DNA of 64,000 bases from an uncultured bacterium. GTDB taxonomy: Bacteria > Zixibacteria > MSB-5A5 > CAIYYT01. The position numbers and the translations under genes were made by a program. Of this stretch, positions 20,120 through 31,421 are shown piece by piece. The stretch's first letter is position 1, and every line of letters starts with the position of its first letter. The notes under the pieces were generated by a model. It had not been told where the DNA came from, made no database searches, and saw only the letters and a list, made by a program, of their open reading frames with translations. The stretch covers positions 160,001 to 224,000 of the forward strand of contig CAVSCK010000003.1 in assembly GCA_963726455.1 (NCBI GenBank), given 5' to 3'.

Positions 20120-21222
20120 GCCAACACCTCGGCAATTTTGCCCCAGAATATATCCTCGCGACTCGCGAAGGCAACCGATATTTCCGCCACGGCGCAGACA
20201 TTCGGGTCAAAACCTAGCCCGCAAGTTTAATTGCGTCTTTTTCGGTTGTCAGCAACATGTCCGCCCGACTCTCGCTTAACTGATTGCGTAATGCGATGCA
20301 CATCCGCGTTGGTATACCGATGATGGTCATCGAAAGTTATACAGTCCGCCACGGTGATTCTGTTGGTTTTCAGGAGTCGAACAAACCCGTCGGGATTGCC
20401 AATGCCGCAGAAGGCAAGACACTTACGTCTCAGTCAGCGATTCGATATCGACAGTCTCTCCAGTGGCAAGATCGGAGAATCGGTTAATCACGGTCTTCAG
20501 TTCGAAGACTCGGTTCGCGTCAATGTTGCGAGGTAGTTGCCGACGGATATTCAGGAGATCTTCCTGATCGACAGACTCCGTTCTCGTAAGCAATATCAGA
20601 CTTGCACGATAGAGCGAATATGTCGGCTCGCGAAGATTACCTGCCGGCAATATCGAGCCGTTGCCGAAGGGATTCAACGCATCGATAAGCACAATATCGC
20701 AATCGCGGTGTAGTCGCAGGTGCTGGAATCCGTCATCCAACAGGAATACCTTGATCCCGTGCCGTGAGTCTAGTTCGTTTGCATTTCGCAATCTGTCTTT
20801 ACCCACCCCAAACCAGGTGTTGGGAAGACGCCGCGTAAGCAGCGTAATTTCATCTCCGACGGCTCGAACGGATTCTCGCGGTGGACTGCTGCTATTGAAA
20901 ATCAGTCCGTTGTCCTCAGCACTTGATCGATACGCGCGTGACAAAATCGCGAAATTCGTTCCACGTTTCCTAAGGTACTCAGCGATCATCAGGGTTACCG
21001 GTGTCTTGCCCGTGCCACCGGTCGTGATGTTGCCGATGGAGATGACCTTGCCCGGAACACTTTCGATTTCGCGATGGCGGAGCGATACAGAGAATCGCCT
21101 ACACTGACCATGAACCGAAACAGCCAGCTAACGGGAACAAGAATTGCCCTTAGTACCGTTGCAACGACGCTTCTCCGGCTTCCGGATTGCATCGCCGCAA
21201 CGTATGATCTCACTGCCGACAT
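20113..21222 (-). CDS. lpxK: Tetraacyldisaccharide 4'-kinase, broken by about four frameshifts
   Basis: Successive frames give VISIGNITTGGTGKTP, VGDE, LLDDGFQH, LPAGNLRE, AFCGIGNP, FDDHHRY, TTEKDAIK; the last frame stops at TGA 20115-20113, overlapping the nadB start. Confidence 0.9.
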
Positions 21223-21229
21223 TTCTTAT

Positions 21230-22474
21230 TCACGATACGATTTCCGACACATAGCGATCGACTATATTCGCGTTGGCGCCTCTGAGCTGGCTTGCCCGGT
21301 CGGCATATATCTTCTTGCTGTCGGGGTTCTCCATCAGAGTCATGATCGTATCGGCGATTTGCTTCGCGTCGGTTACTTCAATTCCCATTTTGTATTGTAT
21401 CAGGACTTTATGTCCGGACAATTGGCCTTGGAAGTGTGGCCCGAACAGCACCGGACATCCGGCCAGCGCTGGTTCGAGCAGGTTGTGTCCACCCAACGGC
21501 GCCAGCGTACCGCCGACAAAGGTGATATCCGAGCAATGGTAGAACAGATTCAGCTCGCCGATCGAGTCAAGCAGCAAGACTTGAGTATCCCGAGTTAGGG
21601 CGCCCTCGCTTCGTCGGCAGAAATTGAGTCCCGACTTCTTGACGACTTCAACAACCTCCCGCATCCGTTCCAAGTGGCGCGGAGCCAGAATCAGGCGCGC
21701 ATTCTTATGCGACTCGAAAATTCCAGAGAAGGCGTCCAACAGAATCTCTTCTTCGCCTGGTCGAGTTGAGCCGCACGTGAAGACGATCATGTCATGCCAG
21801 ACACAGAGATACTCTTTGATTCTTTGGAGTTCTTCGAGTGCCGGTGGCACATACTCTCCTTTTGCCGATCCGACTACTTCGATCGGTACTTCATTTCCTG
21901 CCAGCTCTCGCAGGCGCTCGGCGTCTTCCTCACTCTGCATCAGCAGCTTGCTGCACGACCGCAACAATGGCCTGAACAGCGGTTTCATCGGCCGATAGCG
22001 GCGTAGCGATCTTTCCGTCAGTCGCCCGGATATTTGCATGACTTCCGCACCGTTTCCGAATGCCAGCTCCATTAGCGTCGGCCACAGTTCAGTCTCGATT
22101 AGAATGACCTTTGCGGGAAGGTAAACTCGCAGGAATCGCTTCACGAACAGCGGCGTATCGAACGGCTGGTAAGCAATCACGTCCGCGCCGCAATTCAATT
22201 TCTCCGCTTGGAGGCGTCCCGTCTTAGTGGTTACAGTGAGCAGCATTGCGTAATCGGTCGAGGATTTCAATCGCGCGATTATTTTGGCTGCAATCGTGAC
22301 TTCCCCGACAGATGAAGCCACGAACCACAGCAAGCGCCGATTCCGGTCCGGTTGCTTTAGTCCGACGCCCAGACGCTCGATTTCGTCGCGGCGGCCTGAC
22401 AACCACAAGATTACGGCTGCAACCGAAAGCGGAATCACATAAACGTATGTGAAACACCGGTAGAGAAATCTCAT
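21230..22474 (-). CDS. waaA: Kdo transferase
   Basis: ASSVGE, LIETELWP, GSTRPGEE, APRHLER, GGHNLLEPA; true ATG at 22474 overlaps the lpxB stop. Confidence 0.95.
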   Translation of the reverse strand: MRFLYRCFTYVYVIPLSVAAVILWLSGRRDEIERLGVGLKQPDRNRRLLWFVASSVGEVTIAAKIIARLKSSTDYAMLLTVTTKTGRLQAEKLNCGADVIAYQPFDTPLFVKRFLRVYLPAKVILIETELWPTLMELAFGNGAEVMQISGRLTERSLRRYRPMKPLFRPLLRSCSKLLMQSEEDAERLRELAGNEVPIEVVGSAKGEYVPPALEELQRIKEYLCVWHDMIVFTCGSTRPGEEEILLDAFSGIFESHKNARLILAPRHLERMREVVEVVKKSGLNFCRRSEGALTRDTQVLLLDSIGELNLFYHCSDITFVGGTLAPLGGHNLLEPALAGCPVLFGPHFQGQLSGHKVLIQYKMGIEVTDAKQIADTIMTLMENPDSKKIYADRASQLRGANANIVDRYVSEIVS

Positions 22475-23604
22475 TACAGAAACTCCCGCGAGATCAACGT
22501 TGCCGCGCGTACTGCCGCGCCCGGTTTGCCGAGACACTCGCGCACCGTCTGCAACCGGCTCATCATTACTGCTGCCGTCATCTGGTCGGAAAGGACCTGG
22601 CGGCAAAATGTCGTAAGGTTCGCCGAAGTCAGTTCATCCTGTAGAAACTCCGGCACAATGGTCATTCCTGCTACGATATTGACCAGCCCCACGCTCTTGA
22701 GATTGATCAATCGGCGGGCAATCTGATAGGTTATCCAGCCGGTTCTGTATACCACACAAAACGGAGTCACGCACAATGCGGCTTCCAGCGTTGCAGTTCC
22801 CGAAGCCACGATTGCGACGTCCGCCGACTTAAGCAAATCGTAAGTATCACCGGCTACGTGCAGCGGCCTGACCCCGATCCGTCTCTCCACTTCTGAGTAT
22901 AGCGACGGATCAACTTCTTCCCTCACTGCCACGACCGGCAGGGCACGTGGTTCGATCTCATTTATCGTCTTGATCGCTTCCAACATCGGATGGTAATGTC
23001 GTGCGATTTCGGTCGCACGCGAGCCGGGCAGCAGTGCGATTATCTTGGCGAATTTGCCGACGCCGTATCGATCGCGAAAACCGGGCGCATCATGACCGGG
23101 ATCGATCAGGTCGAGCAGAGGATGCCCGACAAATTCGCACCGGATCTTCGCAGGATTGAAGAGCCGCTTTTCGAACGGCAGGATGCAAAGCAGCAGGTCG
23201 ACCCGTTCTTCAATTTGCGTGATCCGTTCCGGCTTCCACGCCCACACCTGTGGAATGATATAATAGACAACCTTGATACCACGCTGTTTCAGTTCCTTCG
23301 CCAAACGCAAATTCATTCCCGGATAATCAATCAGGATGGCTAGCTCCGGCTGTTGGAGATCAATCTGCTTCAAAACCTCATGATAGATTCGGCGGAAATG
23401 GAGCAGTTTTCGCGCAACTTCCCAGAAACCGGCGACGGCGAGCGAACGCAGATCGTAGAGTAGTTCGACGCCCTCAGCGCGCAGTTGCTCACCACCAAGC
23501 CCAAAAAAGCGAAGCCCGCCATGGCGGGCTTGAAGCGCACGAATCAGCGCGGCCGCGTGAAGGTCTCCCGAGGCCTCACCCGCGGAAACAAAAACTGTCT
23601 TCAA
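22474..23604 (-). CDS. lpxB: Lipid-A-disaccharide synthase
   Basis: AGEASGDLH, IDYPGMN, PQVWAW, VGHPL, LPGSR, SGTATLE. Confidence 0.97.
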   Translation of the reverse strand: MKTVFVSAGEASGDLHAAALIRALQARHGGLRFFGLGGEQLRAEGVELLYDLRSLAVAGFWEVARKLLHFRRIYHEVLKQIDLQQPELAILIDYPGMNLRLAKELKQRGIKVVYYIIPQVWAWKPERITQIEERVDLLLCILPFEKRLFNPAKIRCEFVGHPLLDLIDPGHDAPGFRDRYGVGKFAKIIALLPGSRATEIARHYHPMLEAIKTINEIEPRALPVVAVREEVDPSLYSEVERRIGVRPLHVAGDTYDLLKSADVAIVASGTATLEAALCVTPFCVVYRTGWITYQIARRLINLKSVGLVNIVAGMTIVPEFLQDELTSANLTTFCRQVLSDQMTAAVMMSRLQTVRECLGKPGAAVRAATLISREFL

Positions 23605-24599
23605 GACAAGATCCTGCTGAGATTTTCCATCGCAATCGTTTCGATCTTCTCCGCCAATGCCAATGCCGCCGTCGCTTCATAGCCGTTGACGGCAACCGGT
23701 CGGTCAAGTGCAATTGCCTGCACGAACGAACTGATTTCCGCCGTTAACATGTCATAGTCGGTGTAGCTTAGCTGGCGAAACATGATCTTTCGTCCGGTCG
23801 GCTCGTGCTGGAGCGCGCAAAAATATCCCGGATATGACTTGGAATCATCGAGCGGCGCCAGCACGAAATGCTCACCCGACTTCTTGAGAAAATCAACCGA
23901 CAAGTAATTGTCTTTGGCGAACAGCCGCAGTTTGCGCATCTTGTTGACCGAAATACGTGAAGCCGTCAAATTGGCAACCGTGCCATTCGCGAACTCTATC
24001 CGGGCATTGGCAATATCGGGCTGGTCGGATACCACAGCCACGGCGGACGAGTGCACTTCCTTTACCTCAGACTTGACTACCGACAGGAGCAGATCAAGGT
24101 CGTGTATCATCAGTTCCAGAATCACTGGAACAGCCAAACCTCTTGGACTGAATTGCGACAGTCGGTGGCCTTCGATGAACCGCGGCGGACCAGGCAACAA
24201 CTTCAGGCCTTCGTAGGCAGGGTTGAATCTCTCGATATGTCCAACCTGAAATTTCAGTCGCTTCCGCTCGGCCAGCTCAGTCAGTTCACGCCCTTCGCTC
24301 TCGGTAGTCGCGATCGGCTTTTCCACCAGAACATGCTTGCCGGCCTCAAGCGCACGCTTGGCTTCGGCGTAATGTGATTCAGTCGGCACTACGATGCTGA
24401 CGGCCTCGACATTTTCCAAGAGTTCTTCAATGCTGCGGCAATCCTTACAGCCGGTGCTTTGCGCAACCGCCGTAGTTCGGTCAGGAATGATGTCGAAAGC
24501 AGCGGCCAGCGTGGCTTCCTCGATTTGCGTGACTTTCTGCGCATGGATGCGACCCAACTGCCCGCAGCCGACAACCCCGTACTTTAATTTGTTTGCCAT
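23601..24599 (-). CDS. gnnA: Gfo/Idh/MocA oxidoreductase, GnnA-like UDP-GlcNAc 3-dehydrogenase
   Basis: GCGQLG, VEKP, VGHIERFNPA, LMIHDLD, TASRIS; located between lpxA and lpxB. Confidence 0.7.
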   Translation of the reverse strand: MANKLKYGVVGCGQLGRIHAQKVTQIEEATLAAAFDIIPDRTTAVAQSTGCKDCRSIEELLENVEAVSIVVPTESHYAEAKRALEAGKHVLVEKPIATTESEGRELTELAERKRLKFQVGHIERFNPAYEGLKLLPGPPRFIEGHRLSQFSPRGLAVPVILELMIHDLDLLLSVVKSEVKEVHSSAVAVVSDQPDIANARIEFANGTVANLTASRISVNKMRKLRLFAKDNYLSVDFLKKSGEHFVLAPLDDSKSYPGYFCALQHEPTGRKIMFRQLSYTDYDMLTAEISSFVQAIALDRPVAVNGYEATAALALAEKIETIAMENLSRILS

Positions 24600-24604
24600 C
24601 TTAT

Positions 24605-25384
24605 CTACTTACAAATTCCTCGCTCGGAAGCGGCTATGAAATCCAGCACATCCTGTACTTCCGGTATCAACTCTACGTCGGTTTTTATGCGCTCGACCGC
24701 CTGTGTGGTATTCAGTCCCGAACGGAAGAGCAAACGAAATGCCTGTTCCAGAGTGTGAATGGTTTCCTTTGCGAAACCGCGGCGCTTAAGTCCGACGATA
24801 TTCAGACCCATCACTTTGAGCGGATATCCGCCACACATTGAATAAGGGCAAATATCCATCGGCACGCGGAATCCACCGCCGATCATGGCGTGCTTGCCGA
24901 TCTTCACGAACTGGTGCACGGGCACAATGCCGCCGAGAATAGCCCAGTCGCCGATCTCGATATGTCCTGCCAGATTGACCGAATTCACGAGAATCACGTT
25001 ATCGCCGATGATGCAGTCGTGCGCGACGTGCGAGTAAGCCATCAGCAGACAGTTCTTGCCGATCGTAGTCTGACCGCGCTGAACCGTACCGCGATTGATC
25101 GTGGCATATTCCCGTATCGTGGTATCGTCACCAATCTTCAGAAGCGATGCCTCGCCACCGAATTTCAAGTCTTGCGGAATCGAAGCCAGCACCGCCCCAT
25201 GATGGACTTTGACATTTTTACCAAGTCGCGCGCCATTGGCGATCAGAATGTTGGCGCCAACGCGACAACCGTCGTCGATGATGACATTGTCTTCTACTAA
25301 TGTATGCGCGCCGATTTCGACGTTATCACCTAACTCGGCGCCGGCAGCGACAATCGCCGTGGGATGTATTACATTGCAGTTCAT
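24605..25384 (-). CDS. lpxA: Acyl-ACP--UDP-N-acetylglucosamine acyltransferase
   Basis: Hexapeptide repeats, PQDLKF, TINRGT, HVAHDC, VHQF, GLNIVGLKRRGF. Confidence 0.97.
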   Translation of the reverse strand: MNCNVIHPTAIVAAGAELGDNVEIGAHTLVEDNVIIDDGCRVGANILIANGARLGKNVKVHHGAVLASIPQDLKFGGEASLLKIGDDTTIREYATINRGTVQRGQTTIGKNCLLMAYSHVAHDCIIGDNVILVNSVNLAGHIEIGDWAILGGIVPVHQFVKIGKHAMIGGGFRVPMDICPYSMCGGYPLKVMGLNIVGLKRRGFAKETIHTLEQAFRLLFRSGLNTTQAVERIKTDVELIPEVQDVLDFIAASERGICK

Positions 25385-26775
25385 CGATCCACCACCGCAG
25401 CCAGCATTTCGGCCTCACAAACCAAAGTGTCCCCCACAAACGCCTCACCGGTCATCTTACAGGTCGAGCGGCGATAGGATATCATCTTAAGCTCGAAACG
25501 CAATTGATCGCCCGGCAACACAGGTTTGCGGAATCGCACACCGTCGATGCCCATGAAGTAGACCACCTTATTCTCAGGATTTTCCACTGTGTTCAAGAGC
25601 AGAAATCCGCCTGCTTGTGCCATCGCTTCGACGATCAGCACTCCGGGCATAATCGGATGTCCCGGAAAATGCCCCTGAAAAAACGGCTCATTGATGGTCA
25701 CATTCTTCAAGGCCGAGACTGATTTTTCCGGCACGATATCCAGAATGCGGTCAATCAGCAGGAAGGGGTAACGATGCGGCATCAACTTGAGAATAGCGCC
25801 GATGTCCAGAACGTATTCACCTGAGGCGCGGCTCGGATATTTTTTACGGATTTGCTTCTTCTTATACAGCGACCGCATGCGTTTCGCAAGAGCGACGTTC
25901 GCGGCGTGGCCGGAACGCGCGGCGAGCACATGCCCCTTGATTGGAGCACCGATCAGAAACAGGTCGCCGATCAAGTCGACAACTTTGTGCCGTACCGGCT
26001 CGTTGTAAAATCGCAACGGTTTATCGTTAAGAATCCCGGTCTTTCCGATAAAGACGTCCTCCTGCAGGCCAAACAACTTTCTCAGACGTTCCACTTCCGC
26101 CTGGCCGATGTCATAATCGCAAATCACGACCGCCGAATCCAGGCCTCCGCCCTTGATAATCCCTCGCTCCTTCATCATTTCCACTTCGGATAAGAAGCAA
26201 AACGTCCGGGCAGGCGCGAACTCATTAACGAATTCATCTTCGAGACTCACCAGCGACGTGTACTGGGTTCCCAACGCAGGATTCTTGTAGTCAACCAGGA
26301 ACGTAATTCTGAACTGGTCGCTGGGGACCACTACTATGTCAACACCCCGTTCTTTTTCGGAGTATGCCAAATGCGAGTCGATTTCGAAATATTCCTTGGG
26401 TTGCGCCTGGCGGACAACGCCGCCTTGGAGGAGGATTTCCACGAACGGCTGCGACGAACCGTCAAAAACCGGTGGCTCGATATTGTTCAACTCGATAATC
26501 AGGTTGTCTATCTGCAGTCCGGCCACCGCCGCCAGCACATGCTCGACCGTGTAAACCTTGGCCTCGCCCTTCTGAATTGTGGTGCCGCGATCCAGGCCGA
26601 CCACGTGGTCGATGTCGGCCGGCACTTCCGGGGCGCCGGTCAGGTCGGTGCGAACGAATCGCACTCCGGTGCCCGGTTCGGCAGGTTTGAAAGTTATGGT
26701 AGACTGGCAGCCGGTATGAAGCCCTATTCCCGATCCACTGGCCGACCGCCCAATCGTTTGTTGTTCTTCAATCAT
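25381..26775 (-). CDS. lpxC: Bifunctional LpxC/FabZ
   Basis: [25 protein letters not shown], then [31 protein letters not shown]. Confidence 0.97.
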   Translation of the reverse strand: MIEEQQTIGRSASGSGIGLHTGCQSTITFKPAEPGTGVRFVRTDLTGAPEVPADIDHVVGLDRGTTIQKGEAKVYTVEHVLAAVAGLQIDNLIIELNNIEPPVFDGSSQPFVEILLQGGVVRQAQPKEYFEIDSHLAYSEKERGVDIVVVPSDQFRITFLVDYKNPALGTQYTSLVSLEDEFVNEFAPARTFCFLSEVEMMKERGIIKGGGLDSAVVICDYDIGQAEVERLRKLFGLQEDVFIGKTGILNDKPLRFYNEPVRHKVVDLIGDLFLIGAPIKGHVLAARSGHAANVALAKRMRSLYKKKQIRKKYPSRASGEYVLDIGAILKLMPHRYPFLLIDRILDIVPEKSVSALKNVTINEPFFQGHFPGHPIMPGVLIVEAMAQAGGFLLLNTVENPENKVVYFMGIDGVRFRKPVLPGDQLRFELKMISYRRSTCKMTGEAFVGDTLVCEAEMLAAVVDR

Positions 26776-26905
26776 CAGAAGATCCTTTCCTCACCACAAA
26801 CTAGTTAATTAGTTTAATCAACTTGGATCTTATTTTCAACCCCGAATAAGCAAAAAACCCGCTCACGCCAAACTACGCGCGCAGAGTCCTCTCCTTCAAC
26901 TTTGT

Positions 26906-26933
26906 TTGACAGCATGCATATAACTGATATATT
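26906..26933 (+). promoter_or_regulatory. Sigma70-like promoter for ppi-dxr-rseP
   Basis: TTGACA-16 nt-TATATT upstream of a GAGG RBS. Confidence 0.5.
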
Positions 26934-26972
26934 GCACGCTGACTATGGTTGATCTAACATTCGGGAGAGGAA

Positions 26973-27614
26973 ATGAAGTCTGTACTTTCCATACTCATGC
27001 TTGTACTGGCGGGCGTTATGCTTACTGACGGTTGCTTTGATTCCAAGAAAAATCCTGTGGTTGTCCTGGAGACCTCCGAAGGCAATATCGAGGTTGAACT
27101 GTTCCCGGGCGTGGCGCCTCTTCACGTCGAGAATTTTCTCGGCCTGGTGCGCAAGGGTTTCTATGATTCGCTGTTGTTTCACCGGGTCATCGACGGTTTC
27201 ATGATTCAGACCGGAGACCCGCAGGGCGACGGATTCGGCGGCTCGGGCGCTACCGTTCCGGCAGAATTCAATGACTCGCTTCATCACGCCGGCTCACTCG
27301 GAATGGCGAGATCGAGCGATCCCAATTCCGCGTCATCGCAATTCTACATCTGCCTTGCTCCGGCTCCTTTTCTCGATCATAAGTACACGGTTTTCGGCAA
27401 GACAGTTGCAGGATTTGACGTAGTTCAGAAGATCGGCAAGGCGCCAACTTCAGGGTCGTTCACGAAAATGCAAAATGACATTCAATGGGTGAACGATTTG
27501 ATGAAAATGAAGCAAGAAGGCACGGCAGATATTTCTCTCCTGCCTAACGGCATTCCGGCGGCAGATCGGCCGCTCAAGAAGATCTATTTGATTCGCGCCT
27601 ACGAGAAGAAGTGA
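26973..27614 (+). CDS. Cyclophilin-type peptidyl-prolyl isomerase, probably an exported lipoprotein
   Basis: FHRVIDGFMIQTGDP, SASSQFYI, YTVFG; signal peptide ending in Cys. Confidence 0.92.
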   Translation: MKSVLSILMLVLAGVMLTDGCFDSKKNPVVVLETSEGNIEVELFPGVAPLHVENFLGLVRKGFYDSLLFHRVIDGFMIQTGDPQGDGFGGSGATVPAEFNDSLHHAGSLGMARSSDPNSASSQFYICLAPAPFLDHKYTVFGKTVAGFDVVQKIGKAPTSGSFTKMQNDIQWVNDLMKMKQEGTADISLLPNGIPAADRPLKKIYLIRAYEKK

Positions 27615-28782
27615 AGCGAATTCTTCTATTCGGTTCTACCGGCTCAATCGGCCGCAACGTTCTTGACATAGTTGCCGAGAATCGCGACGCGTTCACCTTG
27701 TCGCTGTTGTCGGGGCGCAGCAATGTCGATCTTCTCGGCCAACAGGCCAGAGAATTCGATGTCCCGGCAGTGCTGATCAGCGACGAAAACGCCGCCGAGT
27801 CAGCCAGGCAGTCGCTGCCGCCTTCCACCGGATATTCTCGGGCAGTTCAGCTTACGAGCAAGCCATCGCGGCGATCGATTGCGATTTGGTAGTCAACGCC
27901 ATTGTCGGTGCCGCCGGTCTCGAGGTTTCCTATTATGCCCTCTCCGCAGGCAAGACGCTCGCTCTTGCCAACAAAGAGTCATTGGTGGCAGGAGGTGAAC
28001 TGCTAAATTCCGTAGCGCACAGTTCAGGCGCACAGATCATTCCGATCGATTCAGAGCATTCCGCCATATTCCAGTGCCTTCAGGCCGGGAGGCGATCAGA
28101 AGTCGAAAAGATCATTCTGACAGCTTCCGGCGGGCCGTTTCGAACACGCCCACTCGAGACTTTCGACTCCATAACTATTGGCGAAGCATTGAAGCACCCA
28201 AATTGGTCAATGGGCGCCAAGATTACTGTCGACTCGGCCACGATGATGAACAAGTGCCTGGAAATAATCGAGGCGCGGTATCTCTTTGGCCTTGCACCGG
28301 AACAGATCGAAGTAGTGATTCACCCTGAATCCATTATTCATTCAATGGTTCAGTTTCATGACGGTTCGGTTGTGGCGCAGTTGTCACCTCCCGACATGCG
28401 GCTGCCGATTTCTTACGCGCTCAATCATCCAGAGCGGTTGACAACAAATCTTCCACGTATGGAATTTGCGGCGGCGCGGAAGTTGACTTTCGAACCGGTC
28501 GATCATCGTCGCTATCCGGCTATTGCGCTGGCGTACAAAGCATTGGAAATGGGCGGAGTTGCGCCGCTGATGCTCAATGCCGCCAATGAAATTGCCGTTG
28601 CAGCTTTTCTTGGCGGAAAGATAAAATTTCCCGATATTACAACTGTCGTGGCCAGGATGATTTCTGCGGAACTGAAATTGCCGGACCGAAGTCTCCGCGA
28701 CGTATTGAACGCGGACGCCAACGTGCGAAAGGCCACCGAGGAATTGATCGCCCAGGGAACATTTTCGGAAGCAAAAGGTTGA
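27611..28782 (+). CDS. dxr: 1-deoxy-D-xylulose-5-phosphate reductoisomerase, one frameshift near 27829
   Basis: GSTGSIG in the first ORF; LALANKE, PIDSEHSAIFQ, LTASGGPF, WSMGAKIT in the second; one added base joins them. Confidence 0.95.
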
Positions 28783-28789
28783 TAAGCTT

Positions 28790-29863
28790 GTGTTAATCGA
28801 GATTCTGTCATTCATCTTCGTTCTTGGACTGCTGATTTTTGTCCATGAGTTCGGACATTTTGCGCTCGCCAAAATGTCGGGTATTCGGGTCGAGACTTTC
28901 TCGCTGGGCTTTCCTCCCAAAATGATCGGCTTCCGCAAAGGCGACACCGAATATTGCATTTCCTGGATACCGCTGGGCGGGTACGTCAAGATGTCAGGTG
29001 AAAAGCCTGAGGAATCCGAAGTTCGCGGTGAACCGTGGGAATTCATGTCCAAAGCGGTCTGGCAGCGCGCGCTGGTGATACTGGCGGGGCCGGTGATGAA
29101 CTACATTCTCGCGGTCGTCATTCTGTTTGGAATCTATTTCCTTAAAGGCGAACCGGTATACGATGACACGAAAGCCGTCATCGGGCAAGTATTGAAAGAT
29201 AACCCTGCCGCCAAGGCCGGCATGCAGCCCAAAGATGTAATGATCGGCGTTGACGATTCGACGGTCAGCAGCTTCCAGCAGATGTATGATGTAATCACAA
29301 AACGTCCCGGACAGTCGGCGCGGTTGACCTGGCTGCGCAACCAGGACACCATGAGCGCGGTCGTGCAGATAAGATCGGACACCACTCTGAACGAAAAGGG
29401 TGAAGTTGCCGTGCTTGGGAAAATCGGCGTCGGTCGAGACGTTTCATATAAGCCGATGGGTTTCTTTACAGCAGCATCGGCCGGTTTCAGTATGACGAAT
29501 TTTTACGCCGGGATGATCTTCAAATTCCTCAAGGATGTTATCAGCGGCTCCGTATCCTCGAAGCTGATCGGTGGGCCGTTGTTCATCGCGCAAGCCGCCG
29601 GGGAGGCAGCCAAGCAGGGATTTCTGGAGGTCATGCTGTTGGCGGCGATTCTCTCGGTTAACCTATGCGTGGTAAATCTGATACCGATTCCCGTGCTCGA
29701 CGGCGGCCAATTGCTGTTCCTCGGCATCGAAAAGCTTAAAGGCAAGCCGGTTTCAATGAAGACCAGAGCGATCGCACAACAGATCGGATTTGTTTTTCTC
29801 ATTCTCCTGATAATCTTCGTGACCAAGAACGACATCTGGCGCATCAATATCTTCGGCTGGTAA
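28790..29863 (+). CDS. rseP: RIP metalloprotease RseP
   Basis: HEFGH, PLGGYVKM, PDZ domain, NLIPIPVLDGG. Confidence 0.96.
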   Translation: MLIEILSFIFVLGLLIFVHEFGHFALAKMSGIRVETFSLGFPPKMIGFRKGDTEYCISWIPLGGYVKMSGEKPEESEVRGEPWEFMSKAVWQRALVILAGPVMNYILAVVILFGIYFLKGEPVYDDTKAVIGQVLKDNPAAKAGMQPKDVMIGVDDSTVSSFQQMYDVITKRPGQSARLTWLRNQDTMSAVVQIRSDTTLNEKGEVAVLGKIGVGRDVSYKPMGFFTAASAGFSMTNFYAGMIFKFLKDVISGSVSSKLIGGPLFIAQAAGEAAKQGFLEVMLLAAILSVNLCVVNLIPIPVLDGGQLLFLGIEKLKGKPVSMKTRAIAQQIGFVFLILLIIFVTKNDIWRINIFGW

Positions 29864-30026
29864 TCGGCGGCACCGGAATTCATACTCAACGAGCACACTA
29901 TTCGATTTCTATCTTGAATTTGCCTGCGGCAATTCCGCTTGCGCCGTCAATTTGATTGCCAATAATTCCTTCCGGCAAGCGTTCAACCTTAGCGTTGATG
30001 TTCACGCACCTTAACGGGGACCGCCT

Positions 30027-31400
30027 ATGGCTGAAGAGTTAGAGCCGAAAAGTGACATAGAATCATCCGAAAACGACGGTTGGAGACACCCCCGGGGGAC
30101 TCCCTCACTGCCCGAGTCATACGCATCCATTCCCGTGTCTGCCGCGGCGGGTTTCTGGCGTAAGCTGCTCGCGTTTACCGGTCCGGGACTCATGGTGGCG
30201 GTCGGCTACATGGACCCCGGCAATTGGGCGACTGATCTGGCAGGCGGCGCGAGATTCGGCTATACCCTGCTGTCAGTAGTCCTGATCTCCAACTTGATGG
30301 CGATGTTGCTGCAGCACCTGGCGCTCAAGCTCGGTATTGCTACCGGTCGCGATCTGGCACAGGCCTGCCGCGATCACTATTCTCCGACGGCGTCTTTTAT
30401 GCTCTGGGTACTGTGCGAAATCGCCATCGCCGCCTGCGACCTGGCTGAGGTCATCGGCTCGGCAATTGCGCTCAATTTGCTGTTTAGAATTCCACTCGTA
30501 ATTGGGATCATTCTGACGGCGTCCGACGTTCTGGTGGTTCTGTATCTGCAACACCGAAGTTTCCGTTATGTCGAATCCCTGGTCGCCGGGTTGATATTTC
30601 TGATAAGCGCCTGTTTCGCCTACGAATTGATCGCCTCCCAACCGCCGGTTCGGGCGATGCTGGGAGGACTGTTACCGACCTCGAAGATTGTCGTTGACCC
30701 GAGCATGCTGTTCATCGCGATCGGCATTCTCGGCGCTACCGTCATGCCACACAATCTCTATCTCCACTCCAGCATCTCGCAAACACGCGCTTACGAACGC
30801 AACAATGTCGGCAAAGCGATGGCTGTGCGCTTTGCAACGATTGATTCAACGGTCTCTCTGTTCTTTGCCTTCTTCATCAACGCCGCAATTCTCGTTCTGA
30901 GCGCCGCGGCATTTCATGGCAGTGGGCATCAGGACGTGGCGGATATCAGCAATGCCTATCAGCTCTTAAGTCCTGTGTTGGGAGCAACGTTGGCCAGCAC
31001 TCTGTTCGGCGTCGCCCTACTGGCCTCGGGACAGAATGCGACCCTCACCGGAACCATGGCCGGCCAAATCGTTATGGAAGGTTTCCTGGATATCCGTTTG
31101 CGTCCCTGGGTACGGAGATTGTTGACGCGGCTGATTGCCATTCTGCCGGCAGTCTTTGTGGCGGCCTTCTTTGGCGAGGGTGGTGTCGGAAAACTGCTGG
31201 TATTGAGTCAGGTCGTCTTGTCGCTGCAACTAACTTTCGCAGTCGTCCCTCTTGTGATGTTTACCAGCGACAAACTGAAGATGGGACAGTTCGTAAATCC
31301 GCGCTGGTTGTCCGTGACGGCATGGATCGTAACTGCGGTGATCGCGATTCTCAACGTATTTTTGTTGGGACAGGCGGTCTTTGATTGGATCAAAGGTTAA
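30027..31400 (+). CDS. mntH: Nramp divalent metal (Mn2+) transporter
   Basis: [28 protein letters not shown]. Confidence 0.95.
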   Translation: MAEELEPKSDIESSENDGWRHPRGTPSLPESYASIPVSAAAGFWRKLLAFTGPGLMVAVGYMDPGNWATDLAGGARFGYTLLSVVLISNLMAMLLQHLALKLGIATGRDLAQACRDHYSPTASFMLWVLCEIAIAACDLAEVIGSAIALNLLFRIPLVIGIILTASDVLVVLYLQHRSFRYVESLVAGLIFLISACFAYELIASQPPVRAMLGGLLPTSKIVVDPSMLFIAIGILGATVMPHNLYLHSSISQTRAYERNNVGKAMAVRFATIDSTVSLFFAFFINAAILVLSAAAFHGSGHQDVADISNAYQLLSPVLGATLASTLFGVALLASGQNATLTGTMAGQIVMEGFLDIRLRPWVRRLLTRLIAILPAVFVAAFFGEGGVGKLLVLSQVVLSLQLTFAVVPLVMFTSDKLKMGQFVNPRWLSVTAWIVTAVIAILNVFLLGQAVFDWIKG

Positions 31401-31421
31401 TTTAGCTCTGCGAGGATGTAG

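Noticed and set aside
22475-22606. N-terminal extension of WaaA in the ORF track
   Set aside because: It overlaps lpxB; ATG 22474 coupled to the lpxB stop is the better start.
25381-26775. LpxC-FabZ fusion as a novelty
   Set aside because: Well known in Bacteroidota, Chlorobi and related phyla.
29864-30026. yybP-ykoY manganese riboswitch upstream of mntH
   Set aside because: Expected by context, but the conserved GGGGAGUA and GAGACC-type elements are not present.
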